DNA of 62,377 nucleotides. It comes from Phycisphaerae bacterium (GTDB taxonomy: Bacteria > Planctomycetota > Phycisphaerae > UBA1845 > Fen-1342). Each line of letters begins with the position of its first letter. Positions within the stretch are counted from its first letter, which is position 1. This document shows positions 37,621 through 48,225 of the stretch, in pieces. The DNA lies in contig JASFQK010000041.1 of assembly GCA_050115495.1 (NCBI GenBank), positions 1 to 62,377 of the forward strand, read 5' to 3'. The translations under genes were made by a program, and so were the position numbers. A model generated the notes under the pieces. That model made no database searches. It had not been told where the DNA came from and saw nothing but the letters and a program-made list of their open reading frames with translations.

Positions 37621-40032
37621 CTACTCGCAGCGCAGCGCAACCAGGGGATCGATCTTCGTGGCTCGCCGGGCGGGCAGGTATCCGGCCCCGAGGGCTGCGC
37701 CGCCCAGTACGACCGCCGCAGCCACCAGCGTCGCCGGATCCAGCGGCGTTACTTCGAACAGCAGACTTCGCAGGAAGCGGCCGGCGATCAGCGCCCCGAC
37801 GAGCCCGATCGCCAATCCCAGTCCGGTCAGCAGCGCCGAGCGCCGCATCACCATCCCGAGAATCGCCCCGCCGGACGCCCCTACCGCGATGCGTACGCCG
37901 ATCTCCCGCTGGCGTTGCCCGACGGCGTGTGACATCACCGCGTAGACGCCGACCGCGGCCAGGATCAGCGCCACACCGGCGAATCCCGCCAACAAACCGG
38001 CGTACGCCCGCCAACGGAAGAGCACACGTCCCAGGCACTCGCGCAGCGTCCGCATGTTGTGAATCGGCTGGCTCGCGTCCACGGCCCATACCGCCCGCCG
38101 CACGGCGCCGGCCAGCGCCTGCGGGTTGCCTTGCGCGGCCCGCACGAGCAGGACGGCGCTGGACTGCGGCCAGCAGGCGTTGGGCACGTAGACCTCCGGC
38201 CGTACTTCGTCTCGCGGCCCCTGCCGCGTGTTCGCCGCCACACCGACCACCGTGCACCACGGATGTCCCAGCGTGAAACGCAGGCGCTTGCCGAGCGGGT
38301 CCTGGCCCGGCCAGTACGCGTCGGCAAACGCCTGGTTAACGACGGCTACCGGCGACGCGTCGGCGTCGTCCGTGTCTGCCAGCGCCCGCCCCCGCAGCAG
38401 CGGAACGCCCATCGTCGCCCAGTAACCCGGTGTGACGATCATTCGTCCGGGATAGCCGCGCTGCTCCGCCTCCTCCACCGTGTATCCCTCCGGCTGGCAG
38501 AACGTCCACGACGAACTCACGCCGGGGGGGCTGTCGGCGATCGCGGCCGCGGCACATCCCGGCTCCTGTTGCAGCCGTTCCAGGACGCCGGCGAAGAAGG
38601 CGGATCGGTCGCGCGGCTCGGGGTACCGGTAATCGGGCAGGCTGACTCGCGCGGTGAGGACGTCGTCGGAGTCGTACCCGACCGCAACGTGTTCGAGGTG
38701 GTAGAGGCTGTTCAACATGAGCCCGGCCCCGACGAGCAGCACGGTCGCCAGGGCGATCTGCGACACGACGAACGTCTCCCGCAGCCGTCCGCGCCGGCCG
38801 CTCGAACCGACCGTGTGGCCGCCGGCAAGCTGAGCGAGCCGAAGCTGCGCCCGGGCGGCGGTCAGGGCCGGGGCGACGCCGATGGGCAGCACTGCGACGG
38901 CCGCCACCAGCACGACGATCAACAGCACCGACCCGCTCGCGACGTCCGTACCGCCCTCGATCGACGGCGACGACAGCAGCCGGTGAACGGCCTGGCTGCC
39001 CCATAGCGTCAGCAACCCACCGAGGACGGCGGCGGCGCCCGCCAGGACCGCGCTTTCGGCCACAAACTGACGCAGCAGGCGGCCAGGGCCGGCACCGAGT
39101 GCGGCTCGCAGCGCGATCTCCCCGCTACGGCCGAGCGCCCGGGCCAGCAGCAGGCTGGCGACGTTGCAGCAGGCGATCAGCAGCACGAACGTAACGCCCA
39201 GCGCCAGGACCTTGAGGGCCAGGGGACGTTCGGGTCCCAGACGCGCGTCGCGCAGCGACAGCGCCCGCAGTCGGGCGTGTGGGACCTCGGTCGGGTACGC
39301 CTCTTCGAGCCGCTGTTCGATCGCATTCAGCTCCTGGTCCAGTTGGGCCAGGCTGGTATCGGGTTTGCGGACACCGAGCAGACGAATCGTGTTGGCGTAG
39401 CGCTCGTTCACGTCGACCGCCGGCGCCAACGGCATCCAGACGTCCGCCTCAAACGTCCCGTCGTCGAACGATTCGGGGATCACGCCGAGAACGGTGTACT
39501 CCTGGTTGCCCAGCGTCACCTGCTGTCCAACGACAACCGGCGAAGCGTTCAGTCGGCGACGCCAGAACTGCTCGCCCAGCAGCACGACCGGTTCGGCCCC
39601 GGGCTCGTCCTGCGACGGGCCGAATGTGTTGCCGACGAGCGCCGGAATGCCGAGCATGCCGAAGGCGTTGGCGGTGATCTGGACGGCGGCCAGACGCTCC
39701 GGCGGCTGCGTGACGGTGTAGTTCACGTGAGTGATGCGGTAGGCGGCCAGATCTTCAAGCCCCGCACATTGCTCGCGGAAGTCGCAGTAGTTCGGAAAGC
39801 TGCTGTGGGCGTCGAACCAGTTGTCGAGTGGCGGGTAAGCCGCGTGGATCACAACCAGGCGATCCTGGTCGCGGTACGGCAGCGGGCGAATCAGGGCGTG
39901 GTACCCGGCGTCGAAGACAACCGCGCACGCAGCGACGGCGACGGCCAGTGTCACCACAACCACTACGGAGAACCCCGGCTCCCGCCAGAGCTTCCGCAGA
40001 GCGAATTTCAGGTCCTGCACCAGTCCGCTCAT
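37621..40032 (-). CDS. double MacB/FtsX ABC permease P4
   Basis: 803 aa; same motif set; ends DPLVALRCE. Confidence 0.95.
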   Translation of the reverse strand: MSGLVQDLKFALRKLWREPGFSVVVVVTLAVAVAACAVVFDAGYHALIRPLPYRDQDRLVVIHAAYPPLDNWFDAHSSFPNYCDFREQCAGLEDLAAYRITHVNYTVTQPPERLAAVQITANAFGMLGIPALVGNTFGPSQDEPGAEPVVLLGEQFWRRRLNASPVVVGQQVTLGNQEYTVLGVIPESFDDGTFEADVWMPLAPAVDVNERYANTIRLLGVRKPDTSLAQLDQELNAIEQRLEEAYPTEVPHARLRALSLRDARLGPERPLALKVLALGVTFVLLIACCNVASLLLARALGRSGEIALRAALGAGPGRLLRQFVAESAVLAGAAAVLGGLLTLWGSQAVHRLLSSPSIEGGTDVASGSVLLIVVLVAAVAVLPIGVAPALTAARAQLRLAQLAGGHTVGSSGRRGRLRETFVVSQIALATVLLVGAGLMLNSLYHLEHVAVGYDSDDVLTARVSLPDYRYPEPRDRSAFFAGVLERLQQEPGCAAAAIADSPPGVSSSWTFCQPEGYTVEEAEQRGYPGRMIVTPGYWATMGVPLLRGRALADTDDADASPVAVVNQAFADAYWPGQDPLGKRLRFTLGHPWCTVVGVAANTRQGPRDEVRPEVYVPNACWPQSSAVLLVRAAQGNPQALAGAVRRAVWAVDASQPIHNMRTLRECLGRVLFRWRAYAGLLAGFAGVALILAAVGVYAVMSHAVGQRQREIGVRIAVGASGGAILGMVMRRSALLTGLGLAIGLVGALIAGRFLRSLLFEVTPLDPATLVAAAVVLGGAALGAGYLPARRATKIDPLVALRCE

Positions 40033-40047
40033 GCGTCACTCCCTGCC

Positions 40048-42477
40048 CTACTCACACCGCAACGCCGTCAGAGGATCGACGCGCGTCGCCCGCCACGCCG
40101 GCACGAGGCAGGCGAGCGTCGCCACCACCACCAGGACGACCGGTGCGATGGCGAACGTGATCGGGTCGGCGGCGCTCACGCCGAAGAGCATGCCCGAAAC
40201 GAGTCGCGACGCCGCCAGTGACGCGACGAGCCCCGCGACGATTCCGATTCCGACGAGCACCATGGCCTGCCGCAGGACGAGTCCCCGGACCTGGCCAGCC
40301 TGCGCGCCGAGCGCAACGCGCAACCCGATCTCCTGCGTCCGCTGGGCGACGATGTACGACAGCACGCCGTACAGCCCCAGCGAAGCGAGCACGAGCGCCG
40401 CACCGGCAAACGCGACCAGCAGAAACGTCATCGCTCGCCGCGGGTGCACCGTGCGGTCGATGTAGAACTCGAGCGTCCGCATCGCAAACGGGGCCTCGTC
40501 GCCCGTCAGCTCGGTCACCTCACGCCGGACGGTGTCGACGAGCTGCTCCGGATCGCCCGCCGTCCGCAGGACGAAGTACATCTGCGGCCAGGCGAGCTGT
40601 TGGTAAGGAACGTACAGATAGGGCTCCGGGCCGGCGTTAAGGCCGGCATCGCGGGCGTTGCGGACGATGCCGACGACCTCGTAGTCGGCGGGCTCGTTGT
40701 CGGTGATCCTGGCGCCGACGAACAGCCGCCGGCCGATGGGATCCTCGTCGGGCCAGAACTTCCGGGCCATTGCCTCGTTGATGAGCAGCGCGCCGGAGGC
40801 GTTTTCGGTGTCGTGCTCGTCCAGCATGCGACCCTTGAGCAACGGGACGCCGAGCGTCTGGAAGTAGTCCGGGCTCACGGCGCAGAACCGCACAACCGGC
40901 ATCTTCTCCGGATCGACGTCCGGGCGATCGAGCAGCCGGATGTGGAGCATCTGGTGACCGGGCACGAGCGGCAGCGACGTGCTCGTCCCAACGGCCGTCA
41001 CGCCCGGCACCGCGGCCAGCCGCTCCCGCAACTGGTCGTACATCCGCGCTCGCGCCGGCGGGTCCTCGTACTCAGAGAACGGCACCGCCAACTGGAACGT
41101 CAGCAGGTTTCGCGGGTTGAATCCCGGATCGACGTCCAGCAGTTGCCCCAGGCTCCGCAGCAGCAAGCCGGTCACCACCAGCAACACGACCGACAGCCCC
41201 ACCTCGCAGACGACCAGCCCGCCACGAAGGCGGCTTCGCGGCCGGCCGACGGCGGACTGGCGGTTCGTGGTCAGCATGCCGTGCGATGCCCGACGGGCGG
41301 CCTGTATGCCGGGGACGAGCCCGAAGGCGAGCGCGGTCACGACCGACAGCGCCAGCGTAAACAGCACGACGGGCGTGCCGACTTCCACATCGACCCGTCG
41401 GGGCAGTTGCTCCGGCAGCAACCCGCGCAGGGCGTCGCCGGACCACGCGGCCAGCGCCACACCCAGCAGCCCCCCCACCACACTCAATAGCAGGCTCTCG
41501 GCCAGGAACAGCCGCATCAACTGCCAGCGGCTGGCGCCGAGCGCACCGTGGACCGCCAATTCGCGGCTACGTGCCGTGCCGCGGGCCAGCAGCATGTTCC
41601 CCACGTTCGCGCACGCGATCAGCAGCACGAGCACCACCGCGCCGAAGAGCAGCTTCAGCGCGGGCCGCACGGTGGCCACGACCTCGTCATGCAGCGGGAC
41701 GACCTCGAGCGACCAGTCGTGGTTGGCGGTCGCGTACTCGGCACGCAACCGCTCGGCGATTGTGCCCAGCTCCACGCGGGCCTGCGACGCCGTAACGCCG
41801 TCGCGTAGCCGGCCGACGACGCGCAGGCGCTGGGTGGCCCGGTTCGAGTAGATGGTCGAATCGCGGGCCGTCGTCATCCAGATTTCGACGTCACTAATGC
41901 CCAGGGGGAAGGCGAAGCCCGGCGGCAGAACGCCGACGATCGTGAAGCTCAGACCGTCGATCAGGGCCGACCGGCCGATGACGTCGGGCGTGCCACCGAA
42001 GCGATTCTTCCAGCAGGCGTCGCTGATGACCATCACGTTGTCGGCGCCGGGCTCATCCTCGCCGGCCTGAAACAGCCGCCCGAGGGCCGGCCGGACGCCC
42101 AGCACCGACCAGAAGCCGTCCGTGGCGATCGTGCCGCGGAGACGCTCGGGCACGCCGACGCCACTCAGCGTCACCAGCGTGCCCCTCTGGCCGGCAAGGT
42201 TTTCGAAGCTGCTCGCCTGCTGCCGCAGGTCGGCGAGATTGGCGTACGAGATGACGCCGGCGGCGCGGCGTTGTCCGCCGTGCAGCTCGGCGACGACGAC
42301 CAGGCGATCCGCATCCGCGAAGGACAGCGGTTTGAGCAGGATGCCGTAGACGACGCTGAACATCGCCGAATTCGCGCCGATGCCCAGGGCGAGGCAGATG
42401 ATGATCGCCGCGGAAACACCCGGGCTGCGTATCAGCACGCGTGAGCCGTATCGCAGATCCTGGAGCCATCCGCGCAT
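40048..42477 (-). CDS. double MacB/FtsX ABC permease P3
   Basis: 809 aa; same motif set; ends DPLTALRCE. Confidence 0.95.
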   Translation of the reverse strand: MRGWLQDLRYGSRVLIRSPGVSAAIIICLALGIGANSAMFSVVYGILLKPLSFADADRLVVVAELHGGQRRAAGVISYANLADLRQQASSFENLAGQRGTLVTLSGVGVPERLRGTIATDGFWSVLGVRPALGRLFQAGEDEPGADNVMVISDACWKNRFGGTPDVIGRSALIDGLSFTIVGVLPPGFAFPLGISDVEIWMTTARDSTIYSNRATQRLRVVGRLRDGVTASQARVELGTIAERLRAEYATANHDWSLEVVPLHDEVVATVRPALKLLFGAVVLVLLIACANVGNMLLARGTARSRELAVHGALGASRWQLMRLFLAESLLLSVVGGLLGVALAAWSGDALRGLLPEQLPRRVDVEVGTPVVLFTLALSVVTALAFGLVPGIQAARRASHGMLTTNRQSAVGRPRSRLRGGLVVCEVGLSVVLLVVTGLLLRSLGQLLDVDPGFNPRNLLTFQLAVPFSEYEDPPARARMYDQLRERLAAVPGVTAVGTSTSLPLVPGHQMLHIRLLDRPDVDPEKMPVVRFCAVSPDYFQTLGVPLLKGRMLDEHDTENASGALLINEAMARKFWPDEDPIGRRLFVGARITDNEPADYEVVGIVRNARDAGLNAGPEPYLYVPYQQLAWPQMYFVLRTAGDPEQLVDTVRREVTELTGDEAPFAMRTLEFYIDRTVHPRRAMTFLLVAFAGAALVLASLGLYGVLSYIVAQRTQEIGLRVALGAQAGQVRGLVLRQAMVLVGIGIVAGLVASLAASRLVSGMLFGVSAADPITFAIAPVVLVVVATLACLVPAWRATRVDPLTALRCE

Positions 42478-42486
42478 GCCCGTCTC

Positions 42487-44886
42487 CTATTCACACCGCA
42501 GCGCCACCAGCGGATCGACTCTCGCCGCTCGCCGGGCCGGGACGCAGGAAGCCAGCAGGGCCACCGCAAGCAGAACGAACGGAACGAAAGCGAAGGTCTT
42601 CAAGTCGGTTGGTTCCACGCCGTAGAGCAGGCCCGTCAGCACGCGCGACAGGGCAAAGGCACCCGCGAGCCCAGCGGCAGTGCCGATGAGAACCGGAATC
42701 ATGCACCAGCCCACGGTGGTCCGAAGAACGCTCCAGCCGCTCGCCCCCAGCGCGACGCGCACGCCGATCTCGCGCGTGCGCTGCGAGACCGAGTAGCTCA
42801 GCGTGCCGTAGATGCCCACCGCAGCCAGCCCGAGCGCGACCAGGGCGAAGATGTCCATCAACAACATGCGGAAGCGCGGAGCCGCTGCCTGCCGGCCCAG
42901 GTACTCTTCCAGCGTGCGCATGGCTGACACCGGCATGTCCGGGTCCAGTCCGTGCAGACGCTCGCATAGCAAACGCTCGAGCTGCCGAGGATCGGAGCTG
43001 GTGCGAATGACGAGGTAGGTGGCGCCGCGCGGGTTCTGTTTCGCGGGCCAGTAGACCATCGGTTCCGCCGGCGCGCCGGGTCGTAGCGGCGCCACGTCGG
43101 CCGCCACGCCCACGATCGTGTGGGGCCCGCGTCCGATCGTGATCTGCTGGCCGATTGAGTCCTGGTCGAGCCAGTACTGCCTGGCCATTGTCTCGTTGAT
43201 GATGGCCACGCGCGGCGTGTCGCGCACATCGTCTTGTGTGAAGTGTCGTCCGCACAGCAGCGGGATCCCGAGCGTGCGCAGGAAGGTCGGGCTGACGTCG
43301 CAGGTGTTCGCCACCTGCGGCCGGTCAATCGACGGATCGGGTCGGCCCACGATGGTGAATTCCCCCGTTTCCCGACCGCCGAACAGCGGGCCGGCACTGC
43401 CGAGTCCGGCGGAGATCACTCCGGGTAGAGACTGCGCCTCTTCGGCGGCGCGGGCGAAAAGGTCCGTCGCCTCCCAGCCGGTCTTGTGTTTCCCGGACGA
43501 AGCCTGCAACCAGACGGTCGCGATGTTCTCTCGGTCGAATCCCGTTCCCCACCCCATCAGACTCGTGAAGCTGCGGGTGAGCAGCCCAGCCCCGACGAGC
43601 AGCATCAACGTCAGCGCAACCTCCGAGACGATCAGGCCGCCGCCGGCCCAGGACGATGCCGACCCACCTCCCTGGCGATCGCCCTTGAGTGCCTGGAACG
43701 GCGCGGCGCGACAGGACTGAATCGCCGGCACCAGCCCCGAGAGCACGCTGGCCAGCAGCGAGACCGCCAGCGCGAAGAGGAGAGCGCGGCCGTCGACAGA
43801 GACTCCACCAAGCCTCGGGATGTTCCCGGGGGCGGCTTTCGCCACCATGCCCACGACCCACGAGGCCGTCAACGCCCCCGCCAGGCCCCCCAGCAGAGAC
43901 AGCACCACGTTCTCCGCGAGCACCAGTCGCGCCAGTCGGAATCGGCCGGCGCCTACAGCGGCTCGCACCGCCAGTTCGCGGCGACGCCCCGTTGCCCGCA
44001 CCAGCAGCACGTTCGTCACGTTGGCGCAGCCGATCAGCAACACCAGCCCCGCCGCTCCGGTGAAGACCGCCATCGCCGGACGCACCGTGCCAACGATCTG
44101 CTCGTGCAGTGATTCGACGCGTACGCCCCAGCCCTCGTTCGTGTTGGGGTACTGCTGAGCCAGCCGGGCGGCGATCGTCGTCATCTCAGTGCGGGCGCGT
44201 TCGAGAGATGCACCGGGTGCCAGGCGCCCGTACGCGTAGAACCCACGCCAACTCCGCCACTGCGCCTCGCGTGGCTCGTACTGCGGCGGCGTCCAAAGCT
44301 GAACAGCCTCCAGCCGCGGGATGGACAAGCCGGCCGGCAACACGCCCACGACGACGTACGGGGTCGCGTCGAGCACGAGCGTCTGGCCGACGATGTTCGG
44401 CGAGCCGCCCAGCCGGTCGCGCCACAGCTTGTGGCTGAGAACCACGACGCGATCGGAGCCCGGGTCCAGGTCCTCCGGCGTCAAGACACGCCCGTACAAC
44501 GGGTCGATGCCCAGCACGGAGAACAGGCCCGGCATGGCCAGCCCACCGTTGACGCCCTCGGCGCCGCCGGGTCGATTGAGAATAAAGGGCCATTCGCGCC
44601 CGAGACCGAACTCCTCGATCGCCTGACTCTGCTGAGCCCAGTCCTGCACGTTCGCCACGGAGGCGACTCGGAAGCCGCTGACCTCGGGGTTGGTCTCGTA
44701 CAGACAGACGAGTCGATCGGCGTTCGGGAACGCCAGTGGGCGGAGCAGCACGCCGTCCACTACACTGAAGACGGCGGTGTTGACGCCGATACCCAGGGCG
44801 AGGCAGATGATGACCGCCGCGGAAACACCGGGGCTGCGAATCAGCACGCGTGCGCCGTACCGCAGATCCTGGAGCCATCCGCTCAT
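42487..44886 (-). CDS. double MacB/FtsX ABC permease P2
   Basis: 799 aa; same motif set; ends DPLVALRCE. Confidence 0.95.
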   Translation of the reverse strand: MSGWLQDLRYGARVLIRSPGVSAAVIICLALGIGVNTAVFSVVDGVLLRPLAFPNADRLVCLYETNPEVSGFRVASVANVQDWAQQSQAIEEFGLGREWPFILNRPGGAEGVNGGLAMPGLFSVLGIDPLYGRVLTPEDLDPGSDRVVVLSHKLWRDRLGGSPNIVGQTLVLDATPYVVVGVLPAGLSIPRLEAVQLWTPPQYEPREAQWRSWRGFYAYGRLAPGASLERARTEMTTIAARLAQQYPNTNEGWGVRVESLHEQIVGTVRPAMAVFTGAAGLVLLIGCANVTNVLLVRATGRRRELAVRAAVGAGRFRLARLVLAENVVLSLLGGLAGALTASWVVGMVAKAAPGNIPRLGGVSVDGRALLFALAVSLLASVLSGLVPAIQSCRAAPFQALKGDRQGGGSASSWAGGGLIVSEVALTLMLLVGAGLLTRSFTSLMGWGTGFDRENIATVWLQASSGKHKTGWEATDLFARAAEEAQSLPGVISAGLGSAGPLFGGRETGEFTIVGRPDPSIDRPQVANTCDVSPTFLRTLGIPLLCGRHFTQDDVRDTPRVAIINETMARQYWLDQDSIGQQITIGRGPHTIVGVAADVAPLRPGAPAEPMVYWPAKQNPRGATYLVIRTSSDPRQLERLLCERLHGLDPDMPVSAMRTLEEYLGRQAAAPRFRMLLMDIFALVALGLAAVGIYGTLSYSVSQRTREIGVRVALGASGWSVLRTTVGWCMIPVLIGTAAGLAGAFALSRVLTGLLYGVEPTDLKTFAFVPFVLLAVALLASCVPARRAARVDPLVALRCE

Positions 44887-44895
44887 CCCGGCCTC

Positions 44896-47319
44896 CTATT
44901 CACACCGCAGCGCCACGAGCGGGTCGACCTTCGTCGCCCGCCGGGCGGGAATGAGACACGCCAGCAGCGCGATGCCGACGAAGACTACCGCGGCGACAGC
45001 GAAGGTCGGTGGATCCGTCGCCTCAACGCCGAACAGCCACGCCCGCAGCAGCCGCGTGCCCGCGTAGGCACCGGTCAGCCCCAGGCCAACACCGATGATC
45101 GCCAGCCGTAAACCCTGCCAAAGCACCAGGCGTAGCACCTGGCCGGCGCGGGCCCCGAGCGCCAGCCGCACACCCAACTCGTGCGTGCGCTGGGTAACTG
45201 AGAAAGCCAGCACGCCGTAGATGCCCAGCACTGCCAATAGCAGGGCGAGCGCTGCGAACAGGCCCAGCAGCAGCATGGGATAGCGGCGATGGGCGACGGA
45301 GTCGGAGTAATACTGCTCCATCGTCGCGAAGGCGAAGGGCGCATCGTTCGCCGTCAGCTCGGCGACCGCACCGCGAATGTTGTCGATCAGGGCCAGCGGG
45401 TTGCCGCCGGTTCGCAGGCTGAGCAGGACACTGCCGTCCGGGAACTGGCGGTATGGGACGTAGATGTTCGGCCACGCCTTGACTTCGAGGCTGTTGTCAC
45501 GCACGTCGCCCACGACGCCGACGATCTCGTAGTCGCGCTTCGGTCCGATCGACGCCCCGGGGCAAACCATGTGTCCGAGCGGGTCGCCGTCCGGCCAGTA
45601 GCGGCGCGCCGTCGACTCGTCGATCAACATCGCTCCCACCTGGCTCCGCGCGTCGTTGTCGTCGAAGAGCCGCCCGCGCAGCAGCGGGATGCCGAGCGTC
45701 GCGAAGTAGCTCGGCGACACGGCCCGCATCATCGTGAACGAGGTCTCGGCCGCCTCCGGATCGGGAGCGTCCAGGATCGTGACGTTGCAGGCCATGCCCC
45801 GCCTCGTCAGCGGTAGCCCGTTGCTCAGGCATACGTTGCGCACGGTGGGCAGGCCGCGCAGGCGTTCGCAGAGCTGCTCGAAGAAATCCGCCCGTTGCGG
45901 ATGGGGCGTCGTGGCCCCGACGTCCATCTGGAAGGTCAGCACGTGGTCGGTGACGTAACCGAGCGGGACACTGGTCAGTCCGTGGAAGCTGCGGACGAGC
46001 AGGGCCGCGCCGATGAGCAGCGTCGTCGCCAGGGCGATTTCGCTAACGACGAGCGTGCTTTGCAGACGATGCCGGACGGCGACGCCGGAAGAGCGGACGC
46101 CGGACTTCAGTGCGCCGTGGAGGTCGGCGCGGGCACTGCCAATCGCCGCCGGCAGACCGAAGAGCAGGCCGGTCAGCATGGCGACGGCCACGGCGAACGC
46201 CAGCACGCGGCCGTCGATCGCCACCTCGTCCAGCCGCGGGATGTCCGCGGGCAGCAGGGCCACGAGCGCATCGAGGGCCCAGAAGGCCAATGCCACGCCG
46301 AGCGCGCCGCCGACGAGGCCGACCAGCACGCTCTCGGTCAGCAGTTGCCGCATCAGACGCAGCCGGGCGGCACCCAGGGCCGCCCGCACGGCCAATTCGC
46401 GCCGGCGTTGCAGGCCCTGCGCCAGGTAGAGGTTGGCGATGTTCGCGCAGGCGATGAGCAGCACCAGCCCCACGGCACCCAGCAGCAGCCACAGCGCCGA
46501 GCGCGATTCGCCGACGAGCGATTCGCGCATCGAAACCACGCCGATGCGATAGTTGGAATTGACGTTCGGGTATTCCTGCGCGAGGCGGGCCGCGATGTCG
46601 GTCATCTGCGTCTGCGCCTGCGCCAGGCTGACGCCCGGCTTCAGTCGGCCGGCCACGCGCAGCATCGAGCTGCTCCGCCTGCCGTACATCTGCGACTCGG
46701 CCGGCACGGGCGTCCACAGTTGCGCGTCGCGCACCTCGTACGGAAACCGGAAGCCCGGCGGCAGAACGCCGACGACCGCGAAGCCCTCCTGATCGAGCAC
46801 GATCGTCCGGCCGATGACGTCGGGGTCGGCGTCGAACCGTTTGCGCCACAGCTTGTCGCCGAGCACGACGACGTTGCCGCTCTTCCCTTCGACGTCGTCG
46901 GCGGTCAGCAGCCGGCCGAGGGCGGGCTGCGCGCCGAGCATCGGGAAGAAGCCCTCCGTGACGAACGCAGCCTCCAGTTGCACGGGCGCCCCTACGCCGG
47001 ACAACGTGTATTTCGTTGCGGAGAACGCCCCCAGGCCGTCGAAGACGGTGCTCTGCTGCTCCCAATCCCGGAAGTTCGGCAGGGCCGCGCCGCTGAGCCT
47101 CACGTTGTACGCCGGCAGTTCACGCTCAGATTCCAGCGACACGAGTTGCTCGGGGGCCTGGAAGTCCAGCGGCCGCAGCACGACCGCGTTGATGACGCTG
47201 AAGATGGCGGTGTTGGCCCCGATGCCCAACGCCAGGCAGGCGACGACAACCGCCGCGAACCCGGGCCGGCGGCCCAGCGCCCGTATCGCGTAGCGGAGAT
47301 CCTGAAGCAACGTGTTCAC
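44896..47319 (-). CDS. double MacB/FtsX ABC permease P1
   Basis: GTG start (VNTLLQDLRY) after GGGAGA; ends DPLVALRCE. Confidence 0.95.
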   Translation of the reverse strand: MNTLLQDLRYAIRALGRRPGFAAVVVACLALGIGANTAIFSVINAVVLRPLDFQAPEQLVSLESERELPAYNVRLSGAALPNFRDWEQQSTVFDGLGAFSATKYTLSGVGAPVQLEAAFVTEGFFPMLGAQPALGRLLTADDVEGKSGNVVVLGDKLWRKRFDADPDVIGRTIVLDQEGFAVVGVLPPGFRFPYEVRDAQLWTPVPAESQMYGRRSSSMLRVAGRLKPGVSLAQAQTQMTDIAARLAQEYPNVNSNYRIGVVSMRESLVGESRSALWLLLGAVGLVLLIACANIANLYLAQGLQRRRELAVRAALGAARLRLMRQLLTESVLVGLVGGALGVALAFWALDALVALLPADIPRLDEVAIDGRVLAFAVAVAMLTGLLFGLPAAIGSARADLHGALKSGVRSSGVAVRHRLQSTLVVSEIALATTLLIGAALLVRSFHGLTSVPLGYVTDHVLTFQMDVGATTPHPQRADFFEQLCERLRGLPTVRNVCLSNGLPLTRRGMACNVTILDAPDPEAAETSFTMMRAVSPSYFATLGIPLLRGRLFDDNDARSQVGAMLIDESTARRYWPDGDPLGHMVCPGASIGPKRDYEIVGVVGDVRDNSLEVKAWPNIYVPYRQFPDGSVLLSLRTGGNPLALIDNIRGAVAELTANDAPFAFATMEQYYSDSVAHRRYPMLLLGLFAALALLLAVLGIYGVLAFSVTQRTHELGVRLALGARAGQVLRLVLWQGLRLAIIGVGLGLTGAYAGTRLLRAWLFGVEATDPPTFAVAAVVFVGIALLACLIPARRATKVDPLVALRCE

Positions 47320-47381
47320 GGATGTCTCCCGAATGTTGTTCAGTCGCGGCCGCCCCCCGGTCGGCCGACGCGGGTTCGCCG

Positions 47382-48149
<768 letters not shown>

Positions 48150-48225
48150 GATTGTGCTCGCTTGCCGATCCGCGGCTGAAACACCCTCTCCAACGTATTC
48201 GTCACCCGGGGGCGACCATTGCCCG

